Of a stretch of 63,761 nucleotides of DNA, positions 54,966-63,655 are shown piece by piece (the first letter of the stretch is position 1; the number at the start of each line of letters is the position of its first letter). Origin of the DNA: an uncultured Bdellovibrionales bacterium (lineage in GTDB: Bacteria; Patescibacteriota; Minisyncoccia; Moranbacterales; GWC2-37-73); assembly GCA_964500125.1 (NCBI GenBank), contig CAZCMV010000005.1, positions 1-63,761 on the forward strand, read 5' to 3'. Under the pieces are notes generated by a model. That model saw only the letters and a list, made by a program, of their open reading frames with translations. It was not told the DNA's origin and did no database searches. The translations under genes were made by a program, and so were the position numbers.

Positions 54966-55952
54966 TCACACTCTCTCGACAACTCTCAACTTGGCGCTTC
55001 TAGAGCGTGGATTGCGCGCGACTTCTTCTTTGCTTGGCGAAGTAGGCTTACGAGTTACCAATTTTATTTTTGCTTCGTGTCCACAACGGCACACGGGCAG
55101 CTCTGGAGGGCATATGCATCCCCTAGCATATTCCCTGAGTACATTTTTCACGATTGAATCCTCTCCTGAGTGGAAAGAAATTATCGCCAGTCTTCCGCCC
55201 TTGGCGAGAGACTCAATCGCTTTCGGCACAAATTCCTTGATCGTATCCAATTCACCGTTTACTTCGATGCGCAACGCCTGAAATGTTTTGGTTGCAGGAT
55301 TTATTTTCCCGTAGCGATACACTGAAGGAACCGTGCTGCAAATCAATTCCGCCAATTGCTTGGTACTTTTGATTGGCGCTTCATTTCTGGCGCGAGTGAT
55401 AGCGCCAGCGATGCGCGCCGCAAACTTTTCGTCGCCATATTCCCTAATGATCCTTTTGAGATCTTCTTCGGAATATGAATTAATCACATCTGCTGCGGTT
55501 AGCGTTTTGCTGCGATCTAGACGCATATCCAATTCAGCATCCTGTTTGAAGCTCAGCCCCCGCCGAACATCATCCAATTGATCCGAAGATATGCCCAAAT
55601 CCGCTACAATCGCATCCACTTTTTCAATTTGCAAACTATCTAAAATTTCTCCCAATTTCGCAAAACTCTCATTAACCAAAACAATGTTTCCTATCTTTAT
55701 AATCTTCCCGTCTTGTTCAAATTGATACCCTTCCTTATCATTCTTAATTCTTAATTCATAATTCTTAATTCTGTTTATTGCCTCCTCATCCCAATCAAAT
55801 GCAATCAAACGCCCTTTATCCCCTATGATTTTTAATATTTCACGAGAGTGTCCTCCTCCACCCAGCGTCGCATCAACCACAGTCATCCCTTCTTTCAAAT
55901 TTAACGCATTAATTGTCTCTTGCAGTAAAACGGATTTATGAATGCTTCGCAT
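54966..55952 (-). CDS. rsmH: 16S rRNA (cytosine1402-N4)-methyltransferase
   Basis: Contains HKSVLLQE, DATLGGGGHS, DLGISSDQLD and SFHSGEDSIVK. The ATG at 55952 is preferred. Confidence 0.9.
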   Translation of the reverse strand: MRSIHKSVLLQETINALNLKEGMTVVDATLGGGGHSREILKIIGDKGRLIAFDWDEEAINRIKNYELRIKNDKEGYQFEQDGKIIKIGNIVLVNESFAKLGEILDSLQIEKVDAIVADLGISSDQLDDVRRGLSFKQDAELDMRLDRSKTLTAADVINSYSEEDLKRIIREYGDEKFAARIAGAITRARNEAPIKSTKQLAELICSTVPSVYRYGKINPATKTFQALRIEVNGELDTIKEFVPKAIESLAKGGRLAIISFHSGEDSIVKNVLREYARGCICPPELPVCRCGHEAKIKLVTRKPTSPSKEEVARNPRSRSAKLRVVERV

Positions 55953-56071
55953 TAATTTACAATGATCAATTTTCAATTTTCAAACAATGCTCAATTTTTC
56001 AATGTTTAAATTTTTAAAATTAAATCATTGATAATTCATTGATAATTGAAAATTGTAAATTGAAAATTTTT

Positions 56072-56506
56072 CTAGTATATTCCCAATTTCCCTAACTGTT
56101 CTGCGATCTCATCATTATTTTTGATGGCATTCTCACTATATGAATTCCATTTCTTTTCATCCCAAATTTCCAAGCGATTAAACAATCCGGCAACAGTGAC
56201 GTTTTTGTCCAAAGCGGCGTACTCTTTCAGATAATCAGGAATGAGTATGCGGCCCTGACTGTCAACGTCGACATCGGTTGCACCGGCAAGCATCACACGA
56301 ACGAAACTGCGAGTTGCCGACTCCCCCATCGGAAGCGTGCCGAGTTTCTCAGCGAGCTCTTGCCAAACTTTGATCGGATAAATAAATAAACACTTATCCA
56401 AACCGCGAGTCACCACCACTTTTTTCCCCAACTCCTTACGAAACTTTGAAGGAAGCGCGAGGCGCTTTTTGGGATCTATCGCATGTTGGTGTTCACCAAT
56501 AAACAT
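56072..56506 (-). CDS. mraZ: Transcriptional regulator MraZ
   Basis: 144 aa. Contains MFIGEHQHAIDPKKRLALPSKFR and a second SpoVT/AbrB-like half (DSQGRILIP). Confidence 0.9.
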   Translation of the reverse strand: MFIGEHQHAIDPKKRLALPSKFRKELGKKVVVTRGLDKCLFIYPIKVWQELAEKLGTLPMGESATRSFVRVMLAGATDVDVDSQGRILIPDYLKEYAALDKNVTVAGLFNRLEIWDEKKWNSYSENAIKNNDEIAEQLGKLGIY

Positions 56507-56581
56507 AGCTTTTAGCTTCGTTAGTTTTTAGGAATTTCCTAATGAAGCTAAAGCAGCTACAAGCTAATACCTAGCATTTCC

Positions 56582-56608
56582 CCACTTTCTTCCACTTTGC
56601 TCCATTTC
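56582..56608 (-). promoter_or_regulatory. Candidate MraZ operator: three direct repeats at 10-nt spacing
   Basis: Minus strand: GAAATGGAGC AAAGTGGAAG AAAGTGGGGA. It lies immediately downstream of the -10 box of the mraZ promoter. Confidence 0.5.
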
Positions 56609-56614
56609 AACTTA

Positions 56615-56643
56615 ATTTTACTCCACTGCAATGCATTGGTCAA
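56615..56643 (-). promoter_or_regulatory. mraZ promoter TTGACC-17-TAAAAT
   Basis: Reverse complement of 56638-56643 is TTGACC and of 56615-56620 is TAAAAT. Confidence 0.6.
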
Positions 56644-56658
56644 CACTTTTCAAGCATC

Positions 56659-56687
56659 AAAAAAATGCCTCATTATAGGCATTTTTT
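56659..56687. terminator. Bidirectional hairpin AAAAAATGCCT-N6-AGGCATTTTTT
   Basis: Perfect stem flanked by A and T runs. Confidence 0.65.
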
Positions 56688-57146
56688 GAACTTATCCACA
56701 GTTATTTTTTACATTGGCAAAGGTTTGATTATGCCAAACAATGTTCCTTCCGGATCTTTGGCATCATACACCGCTGCTTTGTTTAAATTGCGCTTGATGC
56801 TATAGTGAAAGTAAAGCCTTCAGAAAGGTGTGCGCAAAATTGGAACCCACCTGGATTAACAGGGAAAAAATACATTTTTTTCCGATACTTTTTTCAAGGG
56901 ATCCAGCCGCCCACCCGCATTGAGGGCTTTTATAATTCCTATGAATTTCGAATTGTTTTGTTATCTTTCTTGGCCTTTTTGATAATAATTCTTTGCAACC
57001 CGAAAACACTCTTACCAAAAACTGCCATTTTTTGTTTTTTCTTTTTTTCTCTTTTTTCCGCTTTGATTTTTTTAGGTTTCATAAATATACCAAGATGAAC
57101 ATTCGATTTCACTTCATGCAGAACATCGAATGTCACCGACTGCATA

Positions 57147-57722
57147 TCAACGCAAAATATCTACTGAGCCGTCTTCATTTAAACGCACAAGCCTTGATGG
57201 GTTGCCGATAAGTTCTCCTTTGTCAATATAGACACTTACATTTTCACCAAAATATTTTTTCGCTTCTTCGATGTTTGTTGCCGAAGGCATTCCTTCAATG
57301 TTGGCGCTGGGCGCAATCAATGGACCAGTTGATAGCAGGAGTTTTTGCAGAGCCTCATCTGCCGGCATACGAAAAGCCAGCGAGTTCGTGCCTCGATGCA
57401 GATAAGCATATTCTTTTTTATTACATGGCAAAATCACACTTATCTGCCCCGGCCAGACACTTTGCAAATATTTTTCACTAGTGTCCGGGATATCAACAAA
57501 ATCTTCAAGTTGACTATATGAACCAATCAAAATAATCACCGGTTTGTCCGGCGATCTTTTGCGAAGAAAATACACTCTTTCAACTGCTTTGCTGCTACCT
57601 GTCAAAGCAACAATGCCATATAATGTATCGGTTGGAATAACCGCAACTTCACCGGCTTTTAAAATTTCCGCGGCTTTTTGCCATTCTTCATTCCATTGCA
57701 TAACATATTCGCCGATTGACAT
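57147..57722 (-). CDS. tsaC: L-threonylcarbamoyladenylate synthase (TsaC/YrdC family)
   Basis: 191 aa. Contains VIPTDTLYGI and SANIEG. Confidence 0.85.
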   Translation of the reverse strand: MSIGEYVMQWNEEWQKAAEILKAGEVAVIPTDTLYGIVALTGSSKAVERVYFLRKRSPDKPVIILIGSYSQLEDFVDIPDTSEKYLQSVWPGQISVILPCNKKEYAYLHRGTNSLAFRMPADEALQKLLLSTGPLIAPSANIEGMPSATNIEEAKKYFGENVSVYIDKGELIGNPSRLVRLNEDGSVDILR

Positions 57723-57761
57723 TCAAAGTCCAACTGGACATTAAATGTCTCCCAAGTGCCA

Positions 57762-57998
57762 TCATATTCTCCTAATAACTTTTTCGACACACTTATTATT
57801 TTCAATTTCTTTTTCCTTGCTGAAAAATAAAATATATAGAATTTCTAAGATGCCGAGGGTGTTAAAAATAAGAATTAAAACAAACCAAACAGACTGTTTT
57901 CTTTGTGCTGCCATCCAAAGCGCTACCCCTTTCCAAGGAACAGTCCAAATTGCTACCAAAGCTAAAGCCCATGGGTATTTAATTAAAAATTCCATCAT
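57762..57998 (-). CDS. Small two-TM membrane protein
   Basis: Translation: MMEFLIKYPWALALVAIWTVPWKGVALWMAAQRKQSVWFVLILIFNTLGILEILYILFF.... The track extension to 58079 is encoded by repeat copy B. Confidence 0.6.
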   Translation of the reverse strand: MMEFLIKYPWALALVAIWTVPWKGVALWMAAQRKQSVWFVLILIFNTLGILEILYILFFSKEKEIENNKCVEKVIRRI

Positions 57999-58012
57999 AC
58001 TAATTGCCCAAA

Positions 58013-58089
58013 GAATTACCCGCTTCGACTTGATTGTAAAAGTCAAATCAGAGCAAGCTAATCTTTTACAAATATGCAAATATACAAAT
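58013..58089 (-). repeat. Conserved non-coding element, copy B
   Basis: GAATTACCCGCTTCGACTTGATTGTAAAAGTCAAATCAGAGCAAGCTAATCTTTTACAAATATGCAAAT..., homologous to 54829..54897. Confidence 0.8.
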
Positions 58090-58186
58090 AATCTTATTGT
58101 AGATTTGTAGCTGATTTGCAGATTCGAGGGAGAGAATTAAAAATATTTATAAATTAACTATCTATTTAAACCTATTATATCATACA

Positions 58187-58492
58187 CTAATCAGTCTTCT
58201 CTTCCTCCAAAATCCTCTTTTTGTTTTCCGCCCCGCGATTATATCCTCCAAATTTTCCATCAGAGCGAATAACGCGGTGACATGGAATTTCGGGATCATA
58301 GTTTTTACCCAGAATATTTCCCACAGCGCGAAATGCGTTTGGACTACCTGCTTTTTCGGCGACTTGTTTGTAAGTCATCGTCTTTCCCTTGGGAATTTTT
58401 TTGACCACAGCATATACGCGCGCACGGAAAGAAGAAGCCGTGCGATAGCCTGGCAAACCTTTCTTTCCTCCCGTTTTAGCATAATCCCTCAT
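58187..58492 (-). CDS. MGMT-family (methylated-DNA--protein-cysteine methyltransferase DNA-binding domain) protein
   Basis: Contains TYKQVAEKAGSPNAFRAVGNILGKN..IPCHRVIRSDG. The ATG at 58492 is preferred; the track N-terminus MYICIG... is repeat-derived. Confidence 0.8.
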   Translation of the reverse strand: MRDYAKTGGKKGLPGYRTASSFRARVYAVVKKIPKGKTMTYKQVAEKAGSPNAFRAVGNILGKNYDPEIPCHRVIRSDGKFGGYNRGAENKKRILEEEKTD

Positions 58493-58577
58493 AACCCTAC
58501 GAATTACTAATCCTATACAAATATACAAATGTACAAATTTAATATGGCAATCTATTTTCTCTATAAAAAAACATTTT

Positions 58578-59399
58578 TTACAATATCGCCTTTTGAGGAA
58601 TTATTTTCTTGCCCACAAACTTGCTTCCCAATTTTATAAATTTGTCCGTCAAATCCGTTGTATAGAAAACATGTTTTGATTTTTTACTCAATTTATTCTC
58701 TATTTCCGGATGCTCTTGTAAATAATCTTTCAGTTTTTTGCCGACTATTTTTGATTCGGAAATCACTCTGACTTTTTTGCCAACAATTTTCTTGATTCTA
58801 TTTTCCAAAATTGCATAGTGCGTACAACCCAAAACAAGTGTGTCTATATTTTTATCAAGCAATGGTCTCAGATATTTTTTCAAAGCCAATTCGCAAATTT
58901 TTGAATTTTGTTCATCGGATTCAATAATTGGCACAAGGAGTGGACAGGCATTTTGAAAAACTTTAATCTTTCTGTCTTTCTTTTTTATTTCACGCGCAAA
59001 CGTCCCAGATTTCACAGTTCCCTCCGTGGCAATCAAACCAATTCTTTTGTTTTTAGTTTTTTCGGTAGCATATTCAACGGTCGGAATAATCACGCCAAGT
59101 ACTTTTTTACCCGGATGATATTTTGGCAAATATTCTCTTTGGATTTTTCTGAGCGCATCACTTGAGGCAGTGTTGCACGCAAGAATCACGAGCTCGCAAT
59201 CATTTTTGAACAAAAAATCAACCGCTTGTCTGGTAAATTCATAGACTATTTCTTTTGAGCGACTTCCGTATGGCACGCGCGCCGTGTCGCCAAGATACAC
59301 AAAATCATATTCTCCAAGCTCCTTAATAATCCCCTTCATTATATCCAACCCTCCAAACCCGGAATCGAATATACCGATTGATTGCTTATATTTTTTCAT
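58578..59399 (-). CDS. murI: Glutamate racemase
   Basis: 273 aa. Contains IGIFDSGFGGL, ACNTAS and GCTHY. Confidence 0.9.
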   Translation of the reverse strand: MKKYKQSIGIFDSGFGGLDIMKGIIKELGEYDFVYLGDTARVPYGSRSKEIVYEFTRQAVDFLFKNDCELVILACNTASSDALRKIQREYLPKYHPGKKVLGVIIPTVEYATEKTKNKRIGLIATEGTVKSGTFAREIKKKDRKIKVFQNACPLLVPIIESDEQNSKICELALKKYLRPLLDKNIDTLVLGCTHYAILENRIKKIVGKKVRVISESKIVGKKLKDYLQEHPEIENKLSKKSKHVFYTTDLTDKFIKLGSKFVGKKIIPQKAIL

Positions 59400-59658
59400 G
59401 ATTTCCTACTTATATTTTTATTTATCCTATCACCATAGCCTTTTTTGTCCACTCTAGGTTTTTGTAACATTATCTTCGCCCAAACGTATTAATGAATGTG
59501 GAAGATAAACCGACTATCCACATCCGTGCGAGAATTGTGCCCATTGTCGAACTTGGCAGTTCATTGTATACTTTAAACAGAAACAAACATAAAAAGTATG
59601 CGCGGGTTGCTGAGGGGGATTTTTCTTGCTGGAGCACACTCCGTCGCACGAAATAAAA

Positions 59659-60375
59659 ATGAAAAACGATACTCATGATGAAATTAGTGATGCCGAGAAA
59701 GCACACAAAATTGAAGCTCTTCGCGACATGATATTAAATGCCGAGCGTACAATGCAAAGCGCTAAGGCAATGCTTTTGCAACTTGAAGGAAAAAAGAAGC
59801 TGGGACGCCGCCGCAAAATAGAGACGGAAGAAGACGGCACCGTAGTTGAAGGCACATTCGACGGTCAGATCATGCACGGAACCGATGGAAAACAATATCC
59901 CATTCCCGCCAATTATGCTTCCAAATCAAAGCTTATAGAAGGAGATATGCTTAAGCTGACCATAACATCGGATGGCTCTTTTGTGTACAAACAAATTGGA
60001 CCAATTGAACGTCGCCATGCCCTAGGAATTGTCAGTCAGGATGAACGCGGAAACTATTTTGTTTTCTCCGAGGGCAAACCATATAAAGTACTTCTAGCAT
60101 CGATTACTTATTTCCGTGCCGAACCGGGAGATGAAGTTGCAATTGTTGTGCCCAGAGATATCGAAGCTACGTGGGCAGCAATTGAAAATGTCCTCCAAAA
60201 AGGCGGCAACACATTCACATCTTCTCGCTCAACAATTGATGATGAAATAGCTTTCTTAAAAAAAGATACTCCTAAACAAAAAGAAATTTCTTCCGAAGAT
60301 TTAACAGATGAATGGTCTGCAGACATTGATGCGCTGGAAAAAGAACTTAAAGCCGAACAAAACGGAGGGTTCTAA
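59659..60375 (+). CDS. Hypothetical protein (238 aa)
   Basis: The ATG at 59659 is preferred over the TTG at 59626. It has a coiled-coil N-terminus, a beta-rich centre and an acidic tail. No motif recognised. Confidence 0.6.
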   Translation: MKNDTHDEISDAEKAHKIEALRDMILNAERTMQSAKAMLLQLEGKKKLGRRRKIETEEDGTVVEGTFDGQIMHGTDGKQYPIPANYASKSKLIEGDMLKLTITSDGSFVYKQIGPIERRHALGIVSQDERGNYFVFSEGKPYKVLLASITYFRAEPGDEVAIVVPRDIEATWAAIENVLQKGGNTFTSSRSTIDDEIAFLKKDTPKQKEISSEDLTDEWSADIDALEKELKAEQNGGF

Positions 60376-60671
60376 TTAATTTAAATAAATTAACAAACTG
60401 CGACCTTTCACAAAATCGCACGTTTTAAGTAAGTCTAATCAATATCACCACAAATCAACAAATCAACTACGAATTATCTTTGCACATAATTAATTGAGCT
60501 TACTACACATATTGAGATACTGAACTTGTTTCAGCATCTAAGCCAAGTTTCTGGATCCTGAAAAAAATTAAGGGTGACACAGAATAGTAACATCAATTAA
60601 TTCAATTCAGAGGGTTATTTTTGTACATTTGTATATTCGTAAAAGATTTGTATTTTCGTTGGAAAAACAAA

Positions 60672-61343
60672 ATGGAAAACACTCAACAAGCATCTATGTC
60701 TAAGAAAGATTATGCCTTTGGAATCATAGCAGGACTATTGATTGGACTACTTATGCTTCCCATCGTAAAAGCAGCCAAGCCGGAATTATACACTAGGTTT
60801 GCCATAATTATTTTGCCCTTCTTTTTAATCGGCACGCCCGTTGGTTTGGTAGTAGCAAAACTAATTTCTCGCAAAATTTCCATCGTCTGGCAAATTGGCA
60901 AATTCGGTGTCATTGGAGTATTGAACACGCTTGTCGACATTGGCTCATTAGCATTGATAACATTCTTGCTTCGTTCAACGGCAGATATTGATCCCAAGAA
61001 GGAATTACTCGTAATTTCTGGAGTTGCAATTACAATTTACTCTATTTATAAAGCTATCACCTTTATTATTGCCAATGTTAACAGCTACTTCTGGAACAAA
61101 TATTGGACTTTTGAACAAGGGGCAGCTAAAAAAACACGTGCCCAATTTTTTCAATTTTTCATTGTCAGCATCATTGGTTTTATTATTAATGTACTTGTAG
61201 CTTCCATTGTTTATAAATCTCTTGATGTGCTTCTTCCCGGGACAACCGACGATCAAAAAGGACTTCTTGCTGCAGCAGCAGGAAGTGTCCTTGGTATGGC
61301 TTGGAATTTCATCGGCTACAAATTCATCGTATTTAAAGAGTAA
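60672..61343 (+). CDS. GtrA-family membrane protein (polyprenyl-phosphate-sugar translocation-associated)
   Basis: About 223 aa. Contains FGVIGVLNTLVDIG and NFIGYKFIVF. The track N-terminus MYICIF... is repeat-derived. Confidence 0.8.
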   Translation: MENTQQASMSKKDYAFGIIAGLLIGLLMLPIVKAAKPELYTRFAIIILPFFLIGTPVGLVVAKLISRKISIVWQIGKFGVIGVLNTLVDIGSLALITFLLRSTADIDPKKELLVISGVAITIYSIYKAITFIIANVNSYFWNKYWTFEQGAAKKTRAQFFQFFIVSIIGFIINVLVASIVYKSLDVLLPGTTDDQKGLLAAAAGSVLGMAWNFIGYKFIVFKE

Positions 61344-61495
61344 TGTTTCAAAAAAAATTAAGACACAGACTCCCCCTTGTGGGGAGTTTTATTATCCCTG
61401 ATTTAGTGCTAAAATTGCTTTAGATTTACTATGAAAATTTACTATGCATGGCATGACCCAATGTTCCTTGTTTCATGTTTCATGTTTCATGTTGC

Positions 61496-63244
61496 ATGTC
61501 CTCCACAACTCTCTATCGCAAATATCGCCCTTCAACTTTTGGTGAGGTTCTGGGTCAAGAACATATAGTTAAAACACTATCCAATTCAATAGCTAATGGA
61601 AGAATCGGACAGGCTTATCTTTTTACCGGGCCGCGTGGCACCGGCAAAACTACTTTTGCCCGCATATTAGCTAAGGCTGTTAATTGTCTGGATCCCAAAA
61701 GTCACAAAGATATCAAAGCTGACGCTTGTGGCAAATGCCCTAATTGCAAAATGATTCAAGACGGTCCATCTTTGGATATTTTTGAAATCGATGCGGCTTC
61801 CAACACAGGTGTTGATAATATACGTGAATTGCGCGAAACGGTAAAACTCCCGCCAAGTCATTTGAAACATAAGGTATATATCATCGATGAAGTACATATG
61901 CTTTCCACTGGCGCTTTCAATGCCCTACTTAAAACATTGGAAGAACCTCCTGCTCATGTCATTTTTATCCTTGCTACCACAGAAATTCACAAAGTTCCCG
62001 AGACAATTGTTTCCCGCTGTCAACGCTTTGATTTCTCCCGCCTTTCATTGGAACACATTGTCGAAAAATTGGAGCTTATTGCCAAGAGCGAGAAAGTAAA
62101 CATAGAAAAAGACGCTTTGGAAATGATCGCCATTGCTGCCGAAGGAGGCATGCGTGATGCCGAGTCATTGCTTGGACAAGTAATTTCTCTGGAAGATAAA
62201 AACATCACTGCTTCCGAAGTGGAAGGAATTTTGGGCACTACCAAGAGGCAAAACTTGCAAGACATTACAACAATGCTTCTTGCTAAAGATGCTTCCGGAG
62301 CTCTAGCTTTACTCAACAAGCTAGTTGCTGATGGATACGATGTTGAGATTTTCAACAAATCACTGGTTAATTATTTGCGTCAACTTCTTTTGCTTTCGGT
62401 AGATACAAGTCTTGCTAAATTGCTTACGCATGAACTAACCTCTGAACAAATTGAGATCATAAAATCACAAGCTTCTGAAAGCGAATCTCAGGAAATTTTA
62501 CGAATTATTTCTTGTTTTGCCGAAATTGGCAGCAAAATCAAGACTGCCTTCATTCCCCACTTGCCAATTGAAATGGCTATCATTGAAGCAACTATCAAAA
62601 AATCAGAATCGCCAACCCAGACCGGCACTATCATACCAGCTCCAATTTCCGCCTCCCCTGCTCCGCAGATGCTTGTGAAAGAAGCTGCTGCTAAAAAATA
62701 TGAGCCAACATCATCAGTTTCACGGACCGAAAGCGCCCACACAACATCAACAAGCGAATATGAGTCAAAACAGACAAACACAAGAAACTCAGATCAAGGC
62801 GGGAATTCAATTAACAATGACATCAAAGAAAAGACTGTAATTATCAAAAGTGATGATTCTGAGAAACCAAAGGAACCATCCAAATTCTCAATTCATGACA
62901 TTCGCAGCAAGTGGAACGCTATCACAGCGACCATGTCCGCCGCCAACATGTCCTTAGCCGCTCTTTCACCAAATTGTGTACCCATAGAAACATCTGGGGA
63001 TGTGGTTATTTTAGCTACACGCTTTGCTTTTTATAAAGATAAAATTGATGATACCAAGAATAAATTGACAATAGAGGACGCTTTTGGTAAGATAATTGGG
63101 TGTCCTATAAGAATAAAGTCTGTTGTAGATGAGTCATATTTTGCTTCTTCTGAGCCAAAAAATGACACTCCTAGTCAACCTCGCGAAACCAGTTCCCTAC
63201 TCACAGATGCAATGGGAATTATGGGTGGGCAGATAGTTGAATGA
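61496..63244 (+). CDS. dnaX: DNA polymerase III subunit gamma/tau
   Basis: Contains LYRKYRPSTFGEVLGQEH, GPRGTGKTT, a CGKCPNC zinc module, IIDEVHML and SRCQRF. Confidence 0.9.
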   Translation: MSSTTLYRKYRPSTFGEVLGQEHIVKTLSNSIANGRIGQAYLFTGPRGTGKTTFARILAKAVNCLDPKSHKDIKADACGKCPNCKMIQDGPSLDIFEIDAASNTGVDNIRELRETVKLPPSHLKHKVYIIDEVHMLSTGAFNALLKTLEEPPAHVIFILATTEIHKVPETIVSRCQRFDFSRLSLEHIVEKLELIAKSEKVNIEKDALEMIAIAAEGGMRDAESLLGQVISLEDKNITASEVEGILGTTKRQNLQDITTMLLAKDASGALALLNKLVADGYDVEIFNKSLVNYLRQLLLLSVDTSLAKLLTHELTSEQIEIIKSQASESESQEILRIISCFAEIGSKIKTAFIPHLPIEMAIIEATIKKSESPTQTGTIIPAPISASPAPQMLVKEAAAKKYEPTSSVSRTESAHTTSTSEYESKQTNTRNSDQGGNSINNDIKEKTVIIKSDDSEKPKEPSKFSIHDIRSKWNAITATMSAANMSLAALSPNCVPIETSGDVVILATRFAFYKDKIDDTKNKLTIEDAFGKIIGCPIRIKSVVDESYFASSEPKNDTPSQPRETSSLLTDAMGIMGGQIVE

Positions 63245-63336
63245 ATCATGCAATCATTTAAACATGTAGACATTTAAACAAGCTTTTTTTATTATTTGCT
63301 TGCATGTTTGGATTTTAAAATGTTTTTATGAATATC

Positions 63337-63408
63337 TGGGGATTAGCCAAGCGGTAAGGCACCAGGTTTTGGTCCTGGCATGCGGGGGTTCGAATCCCTC
63401 ATCCCCAA
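63337..63408 (+). tRNA. tRNA-Gln (anticodon TTG)
   Basis: TGGGGATTAGCCAAGCGGTAAGGCACCAGGTTTTGGTCCTGGCATGCGGGGGTTCGAATCCCTCATCCCCAA. The cloverleaf folds, and the anticodon loop is TTTTGGT. Confidence 0.9.
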
Positions 63409-63597
63409 CACATGAAAAACGAAAGGCGCCTGAAGAGTGTTTTTCGTTTTTTATTTATTTTAAAGGGATTCGAACAAGCAGAAGCGAAACAAGCTGACTG
63501 TCAGCAGACAGTCAGCGCAGGAGAGTGCCATAAAATTCGAGAGATTCCACTGCCCAGGGCAACGAGTAAATTTGTGACGACAAATTTACGAGGCGTA

Positions 63598-63614
63598 AAT
63601 CCCTCATCCCCAAC
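63598..63614 (+). repeat. 17-nt direct duplicate of the tRNA-Gln(TTG) 3' end, followed by CA (giving a CCA end)
   Basis: AATCCCTCATCCCCAAC is identical to 63393..63409. Here it continues as ...AACCA. Confidence 0.85.
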
Positions 63615-63617
63615 CAC

Positions 63618-63655
63618 AAAATCAAAACAACCTCCATGGAGGTTGTTTTGATTTT
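63618..63655 (+). terminator. Rho-independent terminator
   Basis: AAAATCAAAACAACCTCC-AT-GGAGGTTGTTTTGATTTT, a perfect 18-bp stem ending in a T-run. Confidence 0.8.

Noticed and set aside
58493-58528. N-terminal extensions MYICIG.../MYICIF.../MHICKRLACSDLTF... (also at 60621-60671, 54922-55281 and 57999-58079).
   Set aside because: They start at TTG and are encoded by the shared non-coding repeat motifs. The same peptide appears upstream of unrelated proteins, so downstream ATGs were used as starts.
61496-63244. Programmed -1 frameshift in dnaX producing a gamma subunit.
   Set aside because: No A AAA AAG-type slippery heptamer in the correct frame, and no downstream stem-loop, was found. The A-runs present (ATC AAA AAA TCA; GCT AAA AAA TAT) are not canonical slip sites.
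63464-63616. tmRNA (ssrA), suggested by GGGATTCGAAC near the 5' side and a tRNA-like ...ATCCCCAACCA 3' end before a terminator.
   Set aside because: No 5' acceptor strand (TGGGGAT) precedes the GGATTCGAAC-like block. The segment is only about 150 nt. No resume codon or tag ORF ending in a hydrophobic ...AA-stop is present. The T-stem is only partly formable. An Infernal tmRNA model run would settle it.
63412-63651. 79-aa ORF in the track (MKNERRLKSVF...).
   Set aside because: It runs through tRNA-flanking hairpins, the duplicated tRNA 3' end and the terminator stem. It has no Shine-Dalgarno sequence and its composition is dictated by palindromes. It is almost certainly non-coding.
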